DNA of 64,000 bases from Candidatus Nomurabacteria bacterium (GTDB lineage Bacteria > Patescibacteriota > Minisyncoccia > Phycocordibacterales > UBA9973). A program made the position numbers and the translations under genes. The DNA lies in NCBI GenBank assembly GCA_023267215.1, contig JAHFNS010000001.1, positions 22,043 to 86,042 of the forward strand, read 5' to 3'. Shown here piece after piece: positions 35,451 to 45,011 of the stretch. Positions within the stretch are counted from its first letter, which is position 1. Each line of letters starts with the position of its first letter. The notes beneath the pieces were generated by a model that ran no database searches, was not told the origin of the DNA, and worked only from the letters and a program-made list of their open reading frames with translations.

Positions 35451-35963
35451 TTAATTTTGATATAGTAACTTAAGTTTTTCAAGTCCTCGATGTATTTGTA
35501 CGGCAATAGAATTTTTTGATTGACCAGTAAGGAGAGACATCTCTTTTAATGATAGATCTTGGATGTATCGCATACGCATTACTTTTTGATATATCTTTGG
35601 CAAGCGTACTATCAAAAGAAGAGCCGCTTTTCCATCTAGTGCATTAAAAATATTTTCTGATGAGTCATTAGTTTTTGGTTCAAAACCTTTCTCGATTAAT
35701 AAATCCAAAGAAGTTGTTTTATGTTTTCTATATTGATCCACGATAAGATTATTCAGAACGTGGTACAGAAAAGCTTTCATCATCTCAATTTTTCCTCCTT
35801 TTAGAAGGTAGCTCCATGTTTTAATAAAAGTATCTTGTACTAAATCTTCACTAATCATATGATTGTTTGTTTTAAAAAATGCACGAGCGTTAAGCCCTTT
35901 CTCAAAATCAGAGTGGGCTACAGTCAATTCTGTTTTTATTCTTTTTTCTTGTTTTGGAGTCAT
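35451..35963 (-). CDS. ECF-type RNA polymerase sigma-70 family factor
   Basis: Region 2 (DLVQDTFIKTWSY) and region 4 HTH (LSLKEMSLLTGQSKNSIAVQIHRGLEKLK). Confidence 0.75.
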   Translation of the reverse strand: MTPKQEKRIKTELTVAHSDFEKGLNARAFFKTNNHMISEDLVQDTFIKTWSYLLKGGKIEMMKAFLYHVLNNLIVDQYRKHKTTSLDLLIEKGFEPKTNDSSENIFNALDGKAALLLIVRLPKIYQKVMRMRYIQDLSLKEMSLLTGQSKNSIAVQIHRGLEKLKLLYQN

Positions 35964-36194
35964 ATCTTATTTAATTGAAGCCGAACGCAATGAAGCTTTA
36001 TTACAATAAAATTACAATGATAGATAAATAGTTAGGAAATATAAGTGTAATTAAGAATAGTAAAGAAATATTATATTACACAAGTATTACTAAAATAGCG
36101 ATGCGGAGAAAAAGTTGTATGTACAAAGAATTATAACATTTTCTAGGTTGTATAGCCAATGTAATAGTTTAAGTTTTCTCTCGTCATACTTATC

Positions 36195-37343
36195 ATGAAT
36201 GTACATAAAAATAAAATTAAAAAAAATATTTTGAAAGAATTTCAGAGTCTTCAAAAAAAAGCTCTGAATGAAGCAATACTTTCGAGTATCGGTGATGGAT
36301 TGGTGGTAGTCGACAAAGAAGGGAGAATCACATATGTAAATCAAGCTTTTGAAAAAATGGTTGGTTGGAAATCAGAAGAAGTATTAGGTAGGCGTGTGGT
36401 GGAAGTTGTTCCGCGAGAATCTGAAAAAGGCGAAGTGGTATTGTTTAATGAAAGAATTTTAACTAAAGTTTTATCTGGGGAAGTTGTTATTGCTGATTTG
36501 ACTAATCCTTTTTATTATATACGTAAAGACAAAACTCGTTTTCCGGCTAGTAGTATTGTTAATCCAATTCTTCTTGGAGGAGAGATTATTGGAGTGGTAG
36601 AAACTTTTAGAGATATTACTAAAGAAAAGGAAATTGATAAAGCTAAAACAGAATTCGTTTCTCTGGCTTCACATCAACTTCGTACCCCACTTTCGACTAT
36701 TAGTTGGTATACAGAAATGCTTTTGGCGGGGGATGCTGGAAAACTAAATTCTGAGCAAGCAAAGTATTTAGATGAAGTATATAAAGGCAATCAAAGGATG
36801 ATAAGTTTAGTGAATGCACTTTTGAGTGTTTCTCGTATGGATCTCGGTACTTTTGTCTTAGAACCAGAACCGACAGATGTCGTTTCACTTGTAAAAAGTG
36901 TAGTGATAGAACAAAAACCTCAAATAGATAGAAAAAAAATTAAATTTTCTTTTGAATTTGAAAAAAATATTCCCCTTATACAAGTAGATCCAAAACTTTT
37001 GAGTATGGTGGTGCAAAATCTTTTATCAAACTCAGTTAAATATACTGTAGATAAAGGAAAAATAAAAATATCACTTATTTTAGATAATAAAAAGAAAACT
37101 CTTCTTTTTAAAATTTCTGATAATGGTTATGGTATACCAAAAAACCAACAAGATAAAATATTTACTAAACTTTTTAGAGCAGACAATGTTCGCGGGAAAG
37201 ATACAGAAGGTACAGGTCTCGGACTTTATATCGTCAAAGCTATTATTGATAGTTCTGGTGGAAAAGTTTATTTTGAGTCAAAAGAAGATGAAGGTACTAC
37301 TTTCTATGTGACTTTACCTTGTAATTCATTAATTAAAAAATAA
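36195..37343 (+). CDS. PAS-domain sensor histidine kinase (no obvious TM segment)
   Basis: PAS region, HisKA H-box (FVSLASHQLRTPLSTI) and HATPase_c motifs (N box, DNGYGIP, GTGLGL). Confidence 0.8.
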   Translation: MNVHKNKIKKNILKEFQSLQKKALNEAILSSIGDGLVVVDKEGRITYVNQAFEKMVGWKSEEVLGRRVVEVVPRESEKGEVVLFNERILTKVLSGEVVIADLTNPFYYIRKDKTRFPASSIVNPILLGGEIIGVVETFRDITKEKEIDKAKTEFVSLASHQLRTPLSTISWYTEMLLAGDAGKLNSEQAKYLDEVYKGNQRMISLVNALLSVSRMDLGTFVLEPEPTDVVSLVKSVVIEQKPQIDRKKIKFSFEFEKNIPLIQVDPKLLSMVVQNLLSNSVKYTVDKGKIKISLILDNKKKTLLFKISDNGYGIPKNQQDKIFTKLFRADNVRGKDTEGTGLGLYIVKAIIDSSGGKVYFESKEDEGTTFYVTLPCNSLIKK

Positions 37344-37360
37344 TAATATTTTTAAAAAAT

Positions 37361-37822
37361 ATGATTAAAAAAATAAAAAATAAAAAAACAATATTAGTAA
37401 TTGAAGATGAACGATCTTTACTTCTAGCAATAAAAATAAAACTAGAAAAGAATGATTTTAAAGTTATAACTTCTCGCAGTGTAGAAAGAGCTTTCAGTAC
37501 TCCTATTAAAAAAATTACACTTTCTAGTGTAGAGTTGGCCTTAAAACATCTTGAAGAATTAGAACAAGTTGATGCTATTTGGCTTGATCACAATCTTTTA
37601 GGAGAAGAAGATGGTCTTGATTTTGTAACCAAATTTAAAGCTAATGGTGGTAAATGGAGTACAGTTCCTATTTTTGTTGTTTCTAATACAGCTAGTGCTG
37701 ATCTAGTAAAGACATATAAAAAATTGGGAGTGAATCATTATTATGTAAAAGCTGAATTTCGTTTAGAAAAGATTATAGAAGAAATAAACTTATCTCTCGA
37801 TATAAAAAAGAAAAAAATATGA
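37361..37822 (+). CDS. Stand-alone receiver-like domain protein (divergent)
   Basis: ILVIEDE..., with WLDHNLLG at the phospho-acceptor position. No output domain. Confidence 0.5.
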   Translation: MIKKIKNKKTILVIEDERSLLLAIKIKLEKNDFKVITSRSVERAFSTPIKKITLSSVELALKHLEELEQVDAIWLDHNLLGEEDGLDFVTKFKANGGKWSTVPIFVVSNTASADLVKTYKKLGVNHYYVKAEFRLEKIIEEINLSLDIKKKKI

Positions 37823-38217
37823 TTTTAAAAACAAAAATATCTACAATTTTAATTGTTGAGGATGAAGTGTCATTGAGAAATGCTTTGCGTGATAAATTTA
37901 TTCGAAAAGGTTTTAAAATCCTTCTAGCAAAAGATGGTGAAGCAGGTTTAATTATTGCTGTCCAAGAACAACCAGATTTAATTTTATTAGATATTATTAT
38001 GCCCAAGATGAATGGTATGATAATGCTTAAAAAATTAAGACAGGGAAATAAATGGAGTAAAAATGTTCCTGTAGTTTTACTTTCAAATCTTGGAGCTGAT
38101 GATGAAAAAATGATGAAAGAAATTTCCGAAGATAAATTGGCTTTTTATTTAGTGAAATCAGATTGGTCTCTTGATGGTTTAGTAATAAAAATTAGAGAAA
38201 AAATTTCTTTAATATAA
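37819..38217 (+). CDS. Stand-alone response-regulator receiver domain
   Basis: ILIVEDE, DLILLDIIMPKMNG, and a conserved Lys region. No output domain. Overlaps the upstream gene by 4 nt. Confidence 0.75.
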   Translation: MILKTKISTILIVEDEVSLRNALRDKFIRKGFKILLAKDGEAGLIIAVQEQPDLILLDIIMPKMNGMIMLKKLRQGNKWSKNVPVVLLSNLGADDEKMMKEISEDKLAFYLVKSDWSLDGLVIKIREKISLI

Positions 38218-38310
38218 AAATTATAAAAATGAGAAATAATGTAATATTTATTTCTCTAAAACGGCTATATTATTGTAGGATTTATTATAATTTTTAACAA
38301 ATAAATTTAT

Positions 38311-38565
38311 ATGGGAATTATTATTTGGATTATATTTGGTGGATTGGTTGGTTGGGTTGCTTCTCTTGTTATGGGGACTGATCCAGAACAAGGTATTGTG
38401 TTAAATATCGTTGTTGGAATTATTGGTGCTATTTTAGGTGGATTTGTTATGACTTTTTTTGGTGAAAATGGTGTGACCGGTTTCAATCTCTATAGTTTTA
38501 TAGTTGCCTTACTTGGTGCTATTGTCCTTATTACGGTCGTTAAGGCCTTGAGACATATTACCTAA
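38311..38565 (+). CDS. GlsB/YeaQ/YmgE-family (transglycosylase-associated) membrane protein
   Basis: 84 aa with Gly-rich TM helices: IIFGGLVGWVASLVMG...VVGIIGAILGGFVM. Confidence 0.7.
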   Translation: MGIIIWIIFGGLVGWVASLVMGTDPEQGIVLNIVVGIIGAILGGFVMTFFGENGVTGFNLYSFIVALLGAIVLITVVKALRHIT

Positions 38566-38595
38566 TTAAAAAAGTTATCTATAAATAAAATTATT

Positions 38596-38859
38596 ATGAA
38601 AAAAATAAATATATTATGTATAAAATTAATATCAGCAGGAATTTTTTTCGTAATAGTGTTTATGTTTATAACTATTCAAAAAGTAAATGCAAATGTGCTT
38701 AATTTTACTTCAATAAAACTTAATTTAAATGAAGATTCAATGCCACTTGAACAATTCTTATTTACCAATCCTGTGACTATTGAAGGTCTTCGATCAAATG
38801 TTTCTTATGATTATTATTACCATTTTACTCGGTCGATAAATAAATCAGAGAAACGCTAA
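38596..38859 (+). CDS. Hypothetical small secreted or membrane protein
   Basis: 87 aa with an N-terminal TM/signal segment. Confidence 0.2.
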   Translation: MKKINILCIKLISAGIFFVIVFMFITIQKVNANVLNFTSIKLNLNEDSMPLEQFLFTNPVTIEGLRSNVSYDYYYHFTRSINKSEKR

Positions 38860-38895
38860 AATGTTTTATTAAAAATTTAACAATAATCTAAAATT

Positions 38896-39606
38896 ATGAA
38901 AAAAAATAAATTTGTTTATGTTTTGTCAACAGTATTGATTTTAGGAAGTTTAGCCTTTGTTGGTTTGGTTTCAGCTAATAACAACAACGATAGAAGTGGG
39001 GAAGATAACGGTAATAGTTGGCAAGCCAAAGAGGCTCATGTAAATGGTTCTACTCTAGAGGTGCATATTGGAGATAATGGAAAAGTTCTTGTTCGTGGAG
39101 CGAAAGTAACTGCTATTTCAGGAAATACTATCAGTGCATTTACTTCTTGGGGTTCCGTTAATTTAAATTGGACCGTGAATGTAATGTCTAATTCACAGAT
39201 GGTTAGAAAATTTGGAGGCAATAGTAATCTTTCCGAAATTGCAATTGGGGATTATTTAAGTTTTCAAGGAACATTGGTCACCACCTCTTCTTCTCCTTTT
39301 GTTGTTAATGCCAGTTTTATAAAAAATTGGTCAGCACAAAAGAATTTAACAGTTCGTACTACTATTGAAGGAACTCTTAAATCATTAGTCAGTGTTAATT
39401 CTCCTACCACCATGGTAGTAAATTCTGGTAATAAAGATTATACAGTAAGTATTGCGACGAATACTTCTGTTTTAAATTCATTATGGCTTCGAGCGATATT
39501 AAGTTCATTTACAATTGGTGATAAGGTTAGAGTATATGGCGTAGTCAACACTACAAGTTTGACTATGGATGCGACAGTAGTTAGAAATGTTAGTTTATTG
39601 AAATAA
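38896..39606 (+). CDS. Hypothetical secreted protein
   Basis: Signal peptide followed by a Ser/Thr/Asn/Val-rich, probably beta-rich, sequence. Confidence 0.3.
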   Translation: MKKNKFVYVLSTVLILGSLAFVGLVSANNNNDRSGEDNGNSWQAKEAHVNGSTLEVHIGDNGKVLVRGAKVTAISGNTISAFTSWGSVNLNWTVNVMSNSQMVRKFGGNSNLSEIAIGDYLSFQGTLVTTSSSPFVVNASFIKNWSAQKNLTVRTTIEGTLKSLVSVNSPTTMVVNSGNKDYTVSIATNTSVLNSLWLRAILSSFTIGDKVRVYGVVNTTSLTMDATVVRNVSLLK

Positions 39607-39629
39607 TTTATTTGTTTAAGGTTATATAG

Positions 39630-39657
39630 AAAAAGAGCACAGCAGTGTGCTCTTTTT
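39630..39657. terminator. Bidirectional rho-independent terminator
   Basis: AAAAA-GAGCACA-GCAG-TGTGCTC-TTTTT between the + strand gene and tRNA-Glu on the - strand. Confidence 0.7.
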
Positions 39658-39672
39658 CTAGTAAGTGCTTTG

Positions 39673-39744
39673 TGACCCTACAGAGAATCGAACTCTGATT
39701 ACCGCCTTGAAAAGGCGATGTCCTAACCGTTAGACGATAGGGCC
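39673..39744 (-). tRNA. tRNA-Glu (anticodon TTC)
   Basis: Reverse complement GGCCCTATCGTCTAACGGTTAGGAC-ATCGCC-TTTTCAA-GGCGG...GGTTCGATTCTCTGTAGGGTCA resembles canonical tRNA-Glu. Confidence 0.8.
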
Positions 39745-39813
39745 AAATTTCTAAAACATTTTACATCATAACATTTTTTGAAAAAATCGCAAAAAATGTT
39801 AGATTACTAATAC

Positions 39814-39898
39814 GGAGATGTGGCAGAGTGGTTGAATGCACCGCTTTCGAAAAGCGGCATACCGAAAGGTATCGGGGGTTCGAATCCTCCCATCTCCG
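39814..39898 (+). tRNA. tRNA-Ser (anticodon CGA), long variable arm
   Basis: Acceptor GGAGATG/CATCTCC, D-arm TGGCAGAGTGGTTGAATGCA, anticodon loop TTCGAAA, variable arm CATACCGAAAGGTATCG, T-arm GGGGTTCGAATCCTCC, discriminator G. Confidence 0.85.
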
Positions 39899-39952
39899 CA
39901 AAAATTTTATGTTATAATGTATTTCTTATCAGTTAATATACAAAATAAAAAT

Positions 39953-40372
39953 ATGAAAAATATAAAAACACCTATTGTTATTGCTCTAATTGTAGTTTTA
40001 GTAGGATTATTTTTAGTTTCTAAATATAGTAGAAATGATACAAGTGATACTAATGCCAATATCAATACTAATACCACTGTTAATACCAATACAAACAATA
40101 ACATACCAGTTAAAAAAGTTGTAAAAACAACAACACCAGGTCAATTTACCATGATTGATGTATCTACCCACAATACTGAATCAAGTTGCTGGACAGCCAT
40201 TAACGGCTCTGTGTACGATGTTACAGCTTGGATATCAGCACATCCAGGAGGAAAAAGATCAATTATTGGACTTTGTGGTATAGATGGTTCGGATGCATTT
40301 AATGGTAAACATGGCGGACAAGCCAGACCTGCCTCAGAACTTGCAACCTTTAAAATAGGAATACTAAAATAA
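39953..40372 (+). CDS. Cytochrome b5-like heme-binding domain protein (membrane-anchored)
   Basis: N-terminal TM helix. C-terminal VYDVTAWISAHPGGKRSI...GIDGSDAFNGKHG (HPGG motif). Start trimmed to 39953 because the longer ORF overlaps tRNA-Ser. Confidence 0.6.
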   Translation: MKNIKTPIVIALIVVLVGLFLVSKYSRNDTSDTNANINTNTTVNTNTNNNIPVKKVVKTTTPGQFTMIDVSTHNTESSCWTAINGSVYDVTAWISAHPGGKRSIIGLCGIDGSDAFNGKHGGQARPASELATFKIGILK

Positions 40373-40380
40373 TAAAAAAT

Positions 40381-40421
40381 AAAAGCTCGACATTCTATGA
40401 TTATAATGTCGAGCTTTTTTT
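40381..40421 (+). terminator. Rho-independent terminator
   Basis: AAAAGCTCGACAT-loop-ATGTCGAGC followed by TTTTTTT. Confidence 0.75.
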
Positions 40422-40790
40422 AAATTTTTCTTTTAATAATTGGTCTCTCAAATACCAGAAAAGAGAGGCCAGTAAAATTATAGCAATTCCAACGCTGTAA
40501 AAAATAGCGTTAACAATAATTGCAATAATTATTACTATTATGAAATAATCTTTTATTTTCAAACGACCTCCTTTTTATTTATTTTTTTTCCGAGAACAGT
40601 TAAGATGGAAAAAATTAAAAAAAGTATAATTCCAAAAATTTTATTTTTATTATTTTCAGCTATTATTGAGAATGATAAAAATAAAATCAAAAACCCAAAA
40701 AGTATGGATATCAAATGTTTTTTCATTTTATTTTTCCTTTTTTAAAATCTAAAATTATTATAGCACTAAATAGACTATTTTGTCAAAAAT

Positions 40791-41738
40791 TTATTTAGTA
40801 TGTATATATAGATATATATCTTCAAGTGCGCGGACAGCATCGCCGGCAGCTATATTGTTTTGATGATACAAAATATTAGAACAATCACCAGCAGCCCAGA
40901 TACCTGCGGTTTCCGTTTTTTGATTTAATGGATTTATTTTTATACGTCCTACTTCATCCAAGGGGACTAAATCTTTAACGAAATTAGTATTTGGAATTTG
41001 TCCGATTTCCACGAAAATTCCTGAGATTTTTAATTCTGTATCTTTACCAGTAATTTTATCTTTATAGGTTATTCCTTCTACAAATTTATCACCGGTTATT
41101 TCTAATATTTCAGCATTTTTTACTGCTTTCATTTTGGGATTTTTAAGAACTTTTTCAACTGTGATTTCATCAGCACGAAAGGTATCACTTCTATGTATAA
41201 GTGTTACAGATTTACAATAAGCGAGGAGTTGAGCTGCACTTTCAAAAGCAGCATTACCACCACCAACGACAACAACATCCATATCAGCAAAAAGGGGACC
41301 ATCACAAGAAGCACAATAGGTGAGTCCTTTATGTTCTAACCTATCTGCGCCTTTTACTTCTAATTTTCTATGTCCACTACCTGTAGTTATTAAAATTGTT
41401 TTAGTTAAAAATTCTTCACCAGATTCTGTTTTAACAGAAAAAACATCAGCATTTTTTGTTAGCATATTTACTCTTTCTCCATCTTTGACTTCTAAGGTTT
41501 GTAGGGCTCCAGTATTTTCTAAAACATGTTTTTTTAAATTATTTGCCAGCTCTTGTCCAGAAATAGAAACAGAGCCAACCCAGTTGAAAATCTGTTCTGA
41601 CACGACAGATTGACCACCCCATTCGGAGGTTATAAATAAGGTTTTAAGTCTTTTACGAGCAGCATAAACAGCAGCAGCACTACCTGCTGGACCACCGCCT
41701 ATAATAATCAGATCATAGTTCATGAGTTTATTATACAC
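40791..41738 (-). CDS. trxB: Thioredoxin reductase
   Basis: FAD motif YDLIIIGGGPAGSAAAVYA, redox-active CASCDG, and NAD(P)H motif VVVVGGGNAAFESA. Confidence 0.85.
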   Translation of the reverse strand: MYNKLMNYDLIIIGGGPAGSAAAVYAARKRLKTLFITSEWGGQSVVSEQIFNWVGSVSISGQELANNLKKHVLENTGALQTLEVKDGERVNMLTKNADVFSVKTESGEEFLTKTILITTGSGHRKLEVKGADRLEHKGLTYCASCDGPLFADMDVVVVGGGNAAFESAAQLLAYCKSVTLIHRSDTFRADEITVEKVLKNPKMKAVKNAEILEITGDKFVEGITYKDKITGKDTELKISGIFVEIGQIPNTNFVKDLVPLDEVGRIKINPLNQKTETAGIWAAGDCSNILYHQNNIAAGDAVRALEDIYLYIHTK

Positions 41739-41752
41739 TAAATTTTAGTTTT

Positions 41753-42958
41753 TTAACTTTTTTTACGTCGCAAGAATGCTGGAACAGCACTCCAATCCTC
41801 ATTATCATCATCAATAATTATTTCTTCTACTCCATTAGCCTTTTTTTCCATTTTTTTCATAAAATCATTATTGATACTATTGGAAGAATTTACGTTTTTA
41901 ATAGTATTATGTATTTCTTTTACTGCTTTCTCAACATTTTCTTCTTTCAATATTGTTTGATTTAAAACATTGGTGCCACTAAAAAGATTTTTACGAGGAA
42001 GATCATTAGTAAAACTTGTAGCAATGACTGTCACTTTTAATTCACCTTTTTTTAATTTTTCATCATGAATAGTTCCAAAAATGACTTTAGCGTCTTTATC
42101 TATTGATTCGGTAATTATTTTTGCTGCTTCTTGTATTTCATGAATAGTTATATCGTCTCCACCAGAGATAGCAAAGAGTACTCCTTTAGCACCATTAATT
42201 GAAACTTCAAGAAGAGGGGAATTAATAGCTTGCAAAGCTGCTTTTGCGGCTCTTCCGTCTCCAGAAGCTAAACCTATACCCATAAGAGCACTTCCAGCAT
42301 CTGACATAATGGCTCTAATATCTGCGAAATCGACATTAATAACACCCGGAGTAGTAATAAGATCAGAAATACCTTCCACTGCTTGACGTAAAACATCATC
42401 ACAATTAGCAAAAGCATCTTTGAAGTTTGTGGTTTTATCAGCTAATTGAATTAGTTTATCATTTGGAATAATAATAATGGCATCTACTTCTTTAGCTAAA
42501 TCTTCAATACCTTTTTCTGCAATCTTCATTCTATTATTACCCTCAAAAAAGAAAGGCTTGGTAACGACAGCAACAGTCAAGATGCCTTGTTCTTTAGCAG
42601 CTCGAGCTACAATAGGAGCTGCACCTGTGCCTGTGCCTCCACCCATTCCACATGCGATAAAAATCATGTCGGAACCTTTGATGGTATCTTGAATTTCAGA
42701 TTTAGTTTCTTCAGCAGCTTTTCTTCCGATTTCTGGATTCATTCCAGCTCCAAGTCCCTTTGTAAGGTTTTTTCCAATATGGATTTTTTTCTCAGCTAAA
42801 GAGTGATGCAAATCTTGAGTATCTGTATTCATGCAAATGAAAGAGACTCCCTTAACTTTGGAGTTAATCATGTGGTTAATAGCATTTTTCCCAGATCCTC
42901 CAATTCCGATGACCATTATACGAGCAAAACTTTGTATTTCAGGGTTTAATTTAGGCAT
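41753..42958 (-). CDS. ftsZ: Cell division protein FtsZ
   Basis: GIGGSGKNAINHM, tubulin signature GGGTGTGAAPIVA, C-terminal tail. Confidence 0.9.
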   Translation of the reverse strand: MPKLNPEIQSFARIMVIGIGGSGKNAINHMINSKVKGVSFICMNTDTQDLHHSLAEKKIHIGKNLTKGLGAGMNPEIGRKAAEETKSEIQDTIKGSDMIFIACGMGGGTGTGAAPIVARAAKEQGILTVAVVTKPFFFEGNNRMKIAEKGIEDLAKEVDAIIIIPNDKLIQLADKTTNFKDAFANCDDVLRQAVEGISDLITTPGVINVDFADIRAIMSDAGSALMGIGLASGDGRAAKAALQAINSPLLEVSINGAKGVLFAISGGDDITIHEIQEAAKIITESIDKDAKVIFGTIHDEKLKKGELKVTVIATSFTNDLPRKNLFSGTNVLNQTILKEENVEKAVKEIHNTIKNVNSSNSINNDFMKKMEKKANGVEEIIIDDDNEDWSAVPAFLRRKKS

Positions 42959-43045
42959 ATATTTTAATGTTATTTATTGATAAAATCGGCTCAATTTATA
43001 TATAACCCATAATAGCAGAAAATTTTATTTTGGCTAGTCCCTGAT

Positions 43046-44209
43046 TTATGGCATCAACTGTTTTATGTTTGACTTTAAAATACCTTTCAGATTTTTGAAA
43101 AAATTTTTAAATGATCCATCGGGATAAGAATCGTTACCATCATCTGGAACTATGAGACCAAGAACAGTAAACCAAGATGGATCACGAAGTTTTGTTTTTA
43201 TATTACCAAAAATATCTGTTGAACCTATTTTGGAAGGAAGTCGGAGAGCTTCTTTTGAAAATTCCTCGAGCGACGGAATATTTGCAGAGCCTCCAACAAA
43301 TACAACACCTGCTGGCAAGAGCTCGTTACGTTTTATTTTTTTTAAATGATTTTCTATTAATTCAAAAATATCAAAAAGACGTGCCTCGATAATTTCATCC
43401 AATTTTTTCTTTGAAAATTCTTCGGTAAAATTTCCGAGTTTTAAATGCTCTGCATTCTCTAGAGAAACTTTCATCCCAAGAGCAATATCATTTGTGATAT
43501 CGGCCCCACCGATGGAAAAAGTATGAAAAGAAACTATAGCGCTATCCTCAAAGACAGAAAGGGTGACAGTTTCAGAACCGATATTGACCAAAGCACTTCC
43601 CACCATTTTTTGTTTAGGAGATATGGCAATTCGACTTCCTGCTTCTCCTCCCGCTATTACATCTACTGGTTCTATGCCTGCCAAAATAACGACTTCCATT
43701 AAATCTTCAAAATGTGAGTTGGAACAATTTAAGAAAAGAGCTTTTACCTCGAGTTTTGTTCCACGCATTCCTTCTGGCCTACCCAATATTTCTTTACCAT
43801 CAAGTTTAAAAGAGATAGGAAATGTTTTAATTACTTTTTTATTATTTAAATTTAAATTATCTTCACAATCTTGCAAAGCTTTGTTGATGTCGAGAGTAGT
43901 TACTTCTCCATCTGCTTTGGAGATAATGCTTACACCATTTGCCATATCACCACGTAAAGTTACTCCACCTATTGAAATAAAGGCACGTTTAATTTTCATA
44001 CCAGAATTTTTCTCTGCCATGACGATTGCATTTTTAAGAGAGATGACAGTTTCAGAAACATTTATAATGTATCCATGTCGGACACCTTTTGTTTCACTTT
44101 CTCCTATTCCAATTATCTTTGGATTTTTTTCTCCTTTTAAAAATTCTCCCACCACGACTCTTGTCGTAGTAGAACCGATATCTATACCTATAGAAATGTT
44201 TCTAATCAT
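43046..44209 (-). CDS. ftsA: Cell division protein FtsA
   Basis: Actin-like ATPase: IGIDIGSTTTRVVVGE, internal DIGG..., and position directly upstream of ftsZ. Confidence 0.85.
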   Translation of the reverse strand: MIRNISIGIDIGSTTTRVVVGEFLKGEKNPKIIGIGESETKGVRHGYIINVSETVISLKNAIVMAEKNSGMKIKRAFISIGGVTLRGDMANGVSIISKADGEVTTLDINKALQDCEDNLNLNNKKVIKTFPISFKLDGKEILGRPEGMRGTKLEVKALFLNCSNSHFEDLMEVVILAGIEPVDVIAGGEAGSRIAISPKQKMVGSALVNIGSETVTLSVFEDSAIVSFHTFSIGGADITNDIALGMKVSLENAEHLKLGNFTEEFSKKKLDEIIEARLFDIFELIENHLKKIKRNELLPAGVVFVGGSANIPSLEEFSKEALRLPSKIGSTDIFGNIKTKLRDPSWFTVLGLIVPDDGNDSYPDGSFKNFFKNLKGILKSNIKQLMP

Positions 44210-44257
44210 CCAAGTACTAAAATTTAAATTCTAATATTTGTTATTATATCACTAAAT

Positions 44258-44590
44258 TTAAAATTTAGTACGGGACAAGTATTTTGCTTCCATTTTCTCC
44301 ATTTTTGCACCGTGGTCAAAGCCCTTCAAATGAAGCATTCCATGGACAACTAAAAAGTTTACTAGCTCTGGTAATGTTTTATCAAATTTTTTTAACTCTT
44401 TTTTGATTACATTTTTACACAAGATTATTTCTCCAGCATCTTCATGCAAGGCAAAAGAGAGAACATTGGTTGGCTTATCTATGTTCCTATATTTTTTATT
44501 TATTTCTCTAGATTTTTTTTCGCTCACAAAAGCAACAGACAAAGAGTATTCTTTACCCAATATATCCTGCTTTATTTTATCAAATTTCAT
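44258..44590 (-). CDS. ybeY: rRNA maturation endoribonuclease YbeY
   Basis: HGMLHLKGFDH (HxxxHxxGxxH metal site). 110 aa. Confidence 0.8.
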   Translation of the reverse strand: MKFDKIKQDILGKEYSLSVAFVSEKKSREINKKYRNIDKPTNVLSFALHEDAGEIILCKNVIKKELKKFDKTLPELVNFLVVHGMLHLKGFDHGAKMEKMEAKYLSRTKF

Positions 44591-44617
44591 ATTTTTACCC
44601 CGAGTAAAATAGAGGGG

Positions 44618-44845
44618 TTATTTTATTTTACCGAGTTTGCGAAGTTTTTCTATTTCTTTTCTTCGTCCTAATCTTTTTAGAGTACCTTTTTTAACCGTGA
44701 GTTTTGATTCTTTTCTTTTGTTATATCGAGAACCTTTTACTTTTTGAATTATATTTGATTCTTGAATTTTACGAGAAAAACGACGCAAGATACTTGCATT
44801 ATTTTCGTTTGCGTTTTTATTTACCTCAATTACTGTTTTTGCCAT
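44618..44845 (-). CDS. rpsU: 30S ribosomal protein S21-like
   Basis: ILRRFSRKIQESNIIQKV parallels S21 ALRRFKRSCEKAGVLSEV, followed by a basic tail. Start trimmed to MAKTVIEV. Confidence 0.5.
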   Translation of the reverse strand: MAKTVIEVNKNANENNASILRRFSRKIQESNIIQKVKGSRYNKRKESKLTVKKGTLKRLGRRKEIEKLRKLGKIK

Positions 44846-44870
44846 ATATTGTAAGATATCATAGTTTTTT

Positions 44871-44976
44871 AAAAAATGCAAAATAATACTTTTTCACGGC
44901 TCGCACTCCAACCTGATAGTGGTTTACGAAATTAATATTGCGTATGCCGAAAAAAGTATTATTTTGCATTTTTTAC
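44871..44976. repeat. ~106-bp inverted-repeat element (23-bp AT-rich arms, 55-bp GC-richer core) in the rpsU upstream region
   Basis: AAAATGCAAAATAATACTTTTT-core-AAAAAGTATTATTTTGCATTTT with perfect rc arms. The core CACGGCTCGCAC...GCGTATGCCG is also present in leuS at 9639..9693. Confidence 0.8.
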
Positions 44977-45011
44977 TAGACTTTTTTGCAAAAAAAAGCT
45001 AAGATTATTAT

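Noticed and set aside
39836-39952. Upstream extension of the cytochrome b5-like ORF (track start at 39836)
   Set aside because: The extension overlaps the well-folded tRNA-Ser gene. The start was moved to the ATG at 39953, which precedes a TM helix.
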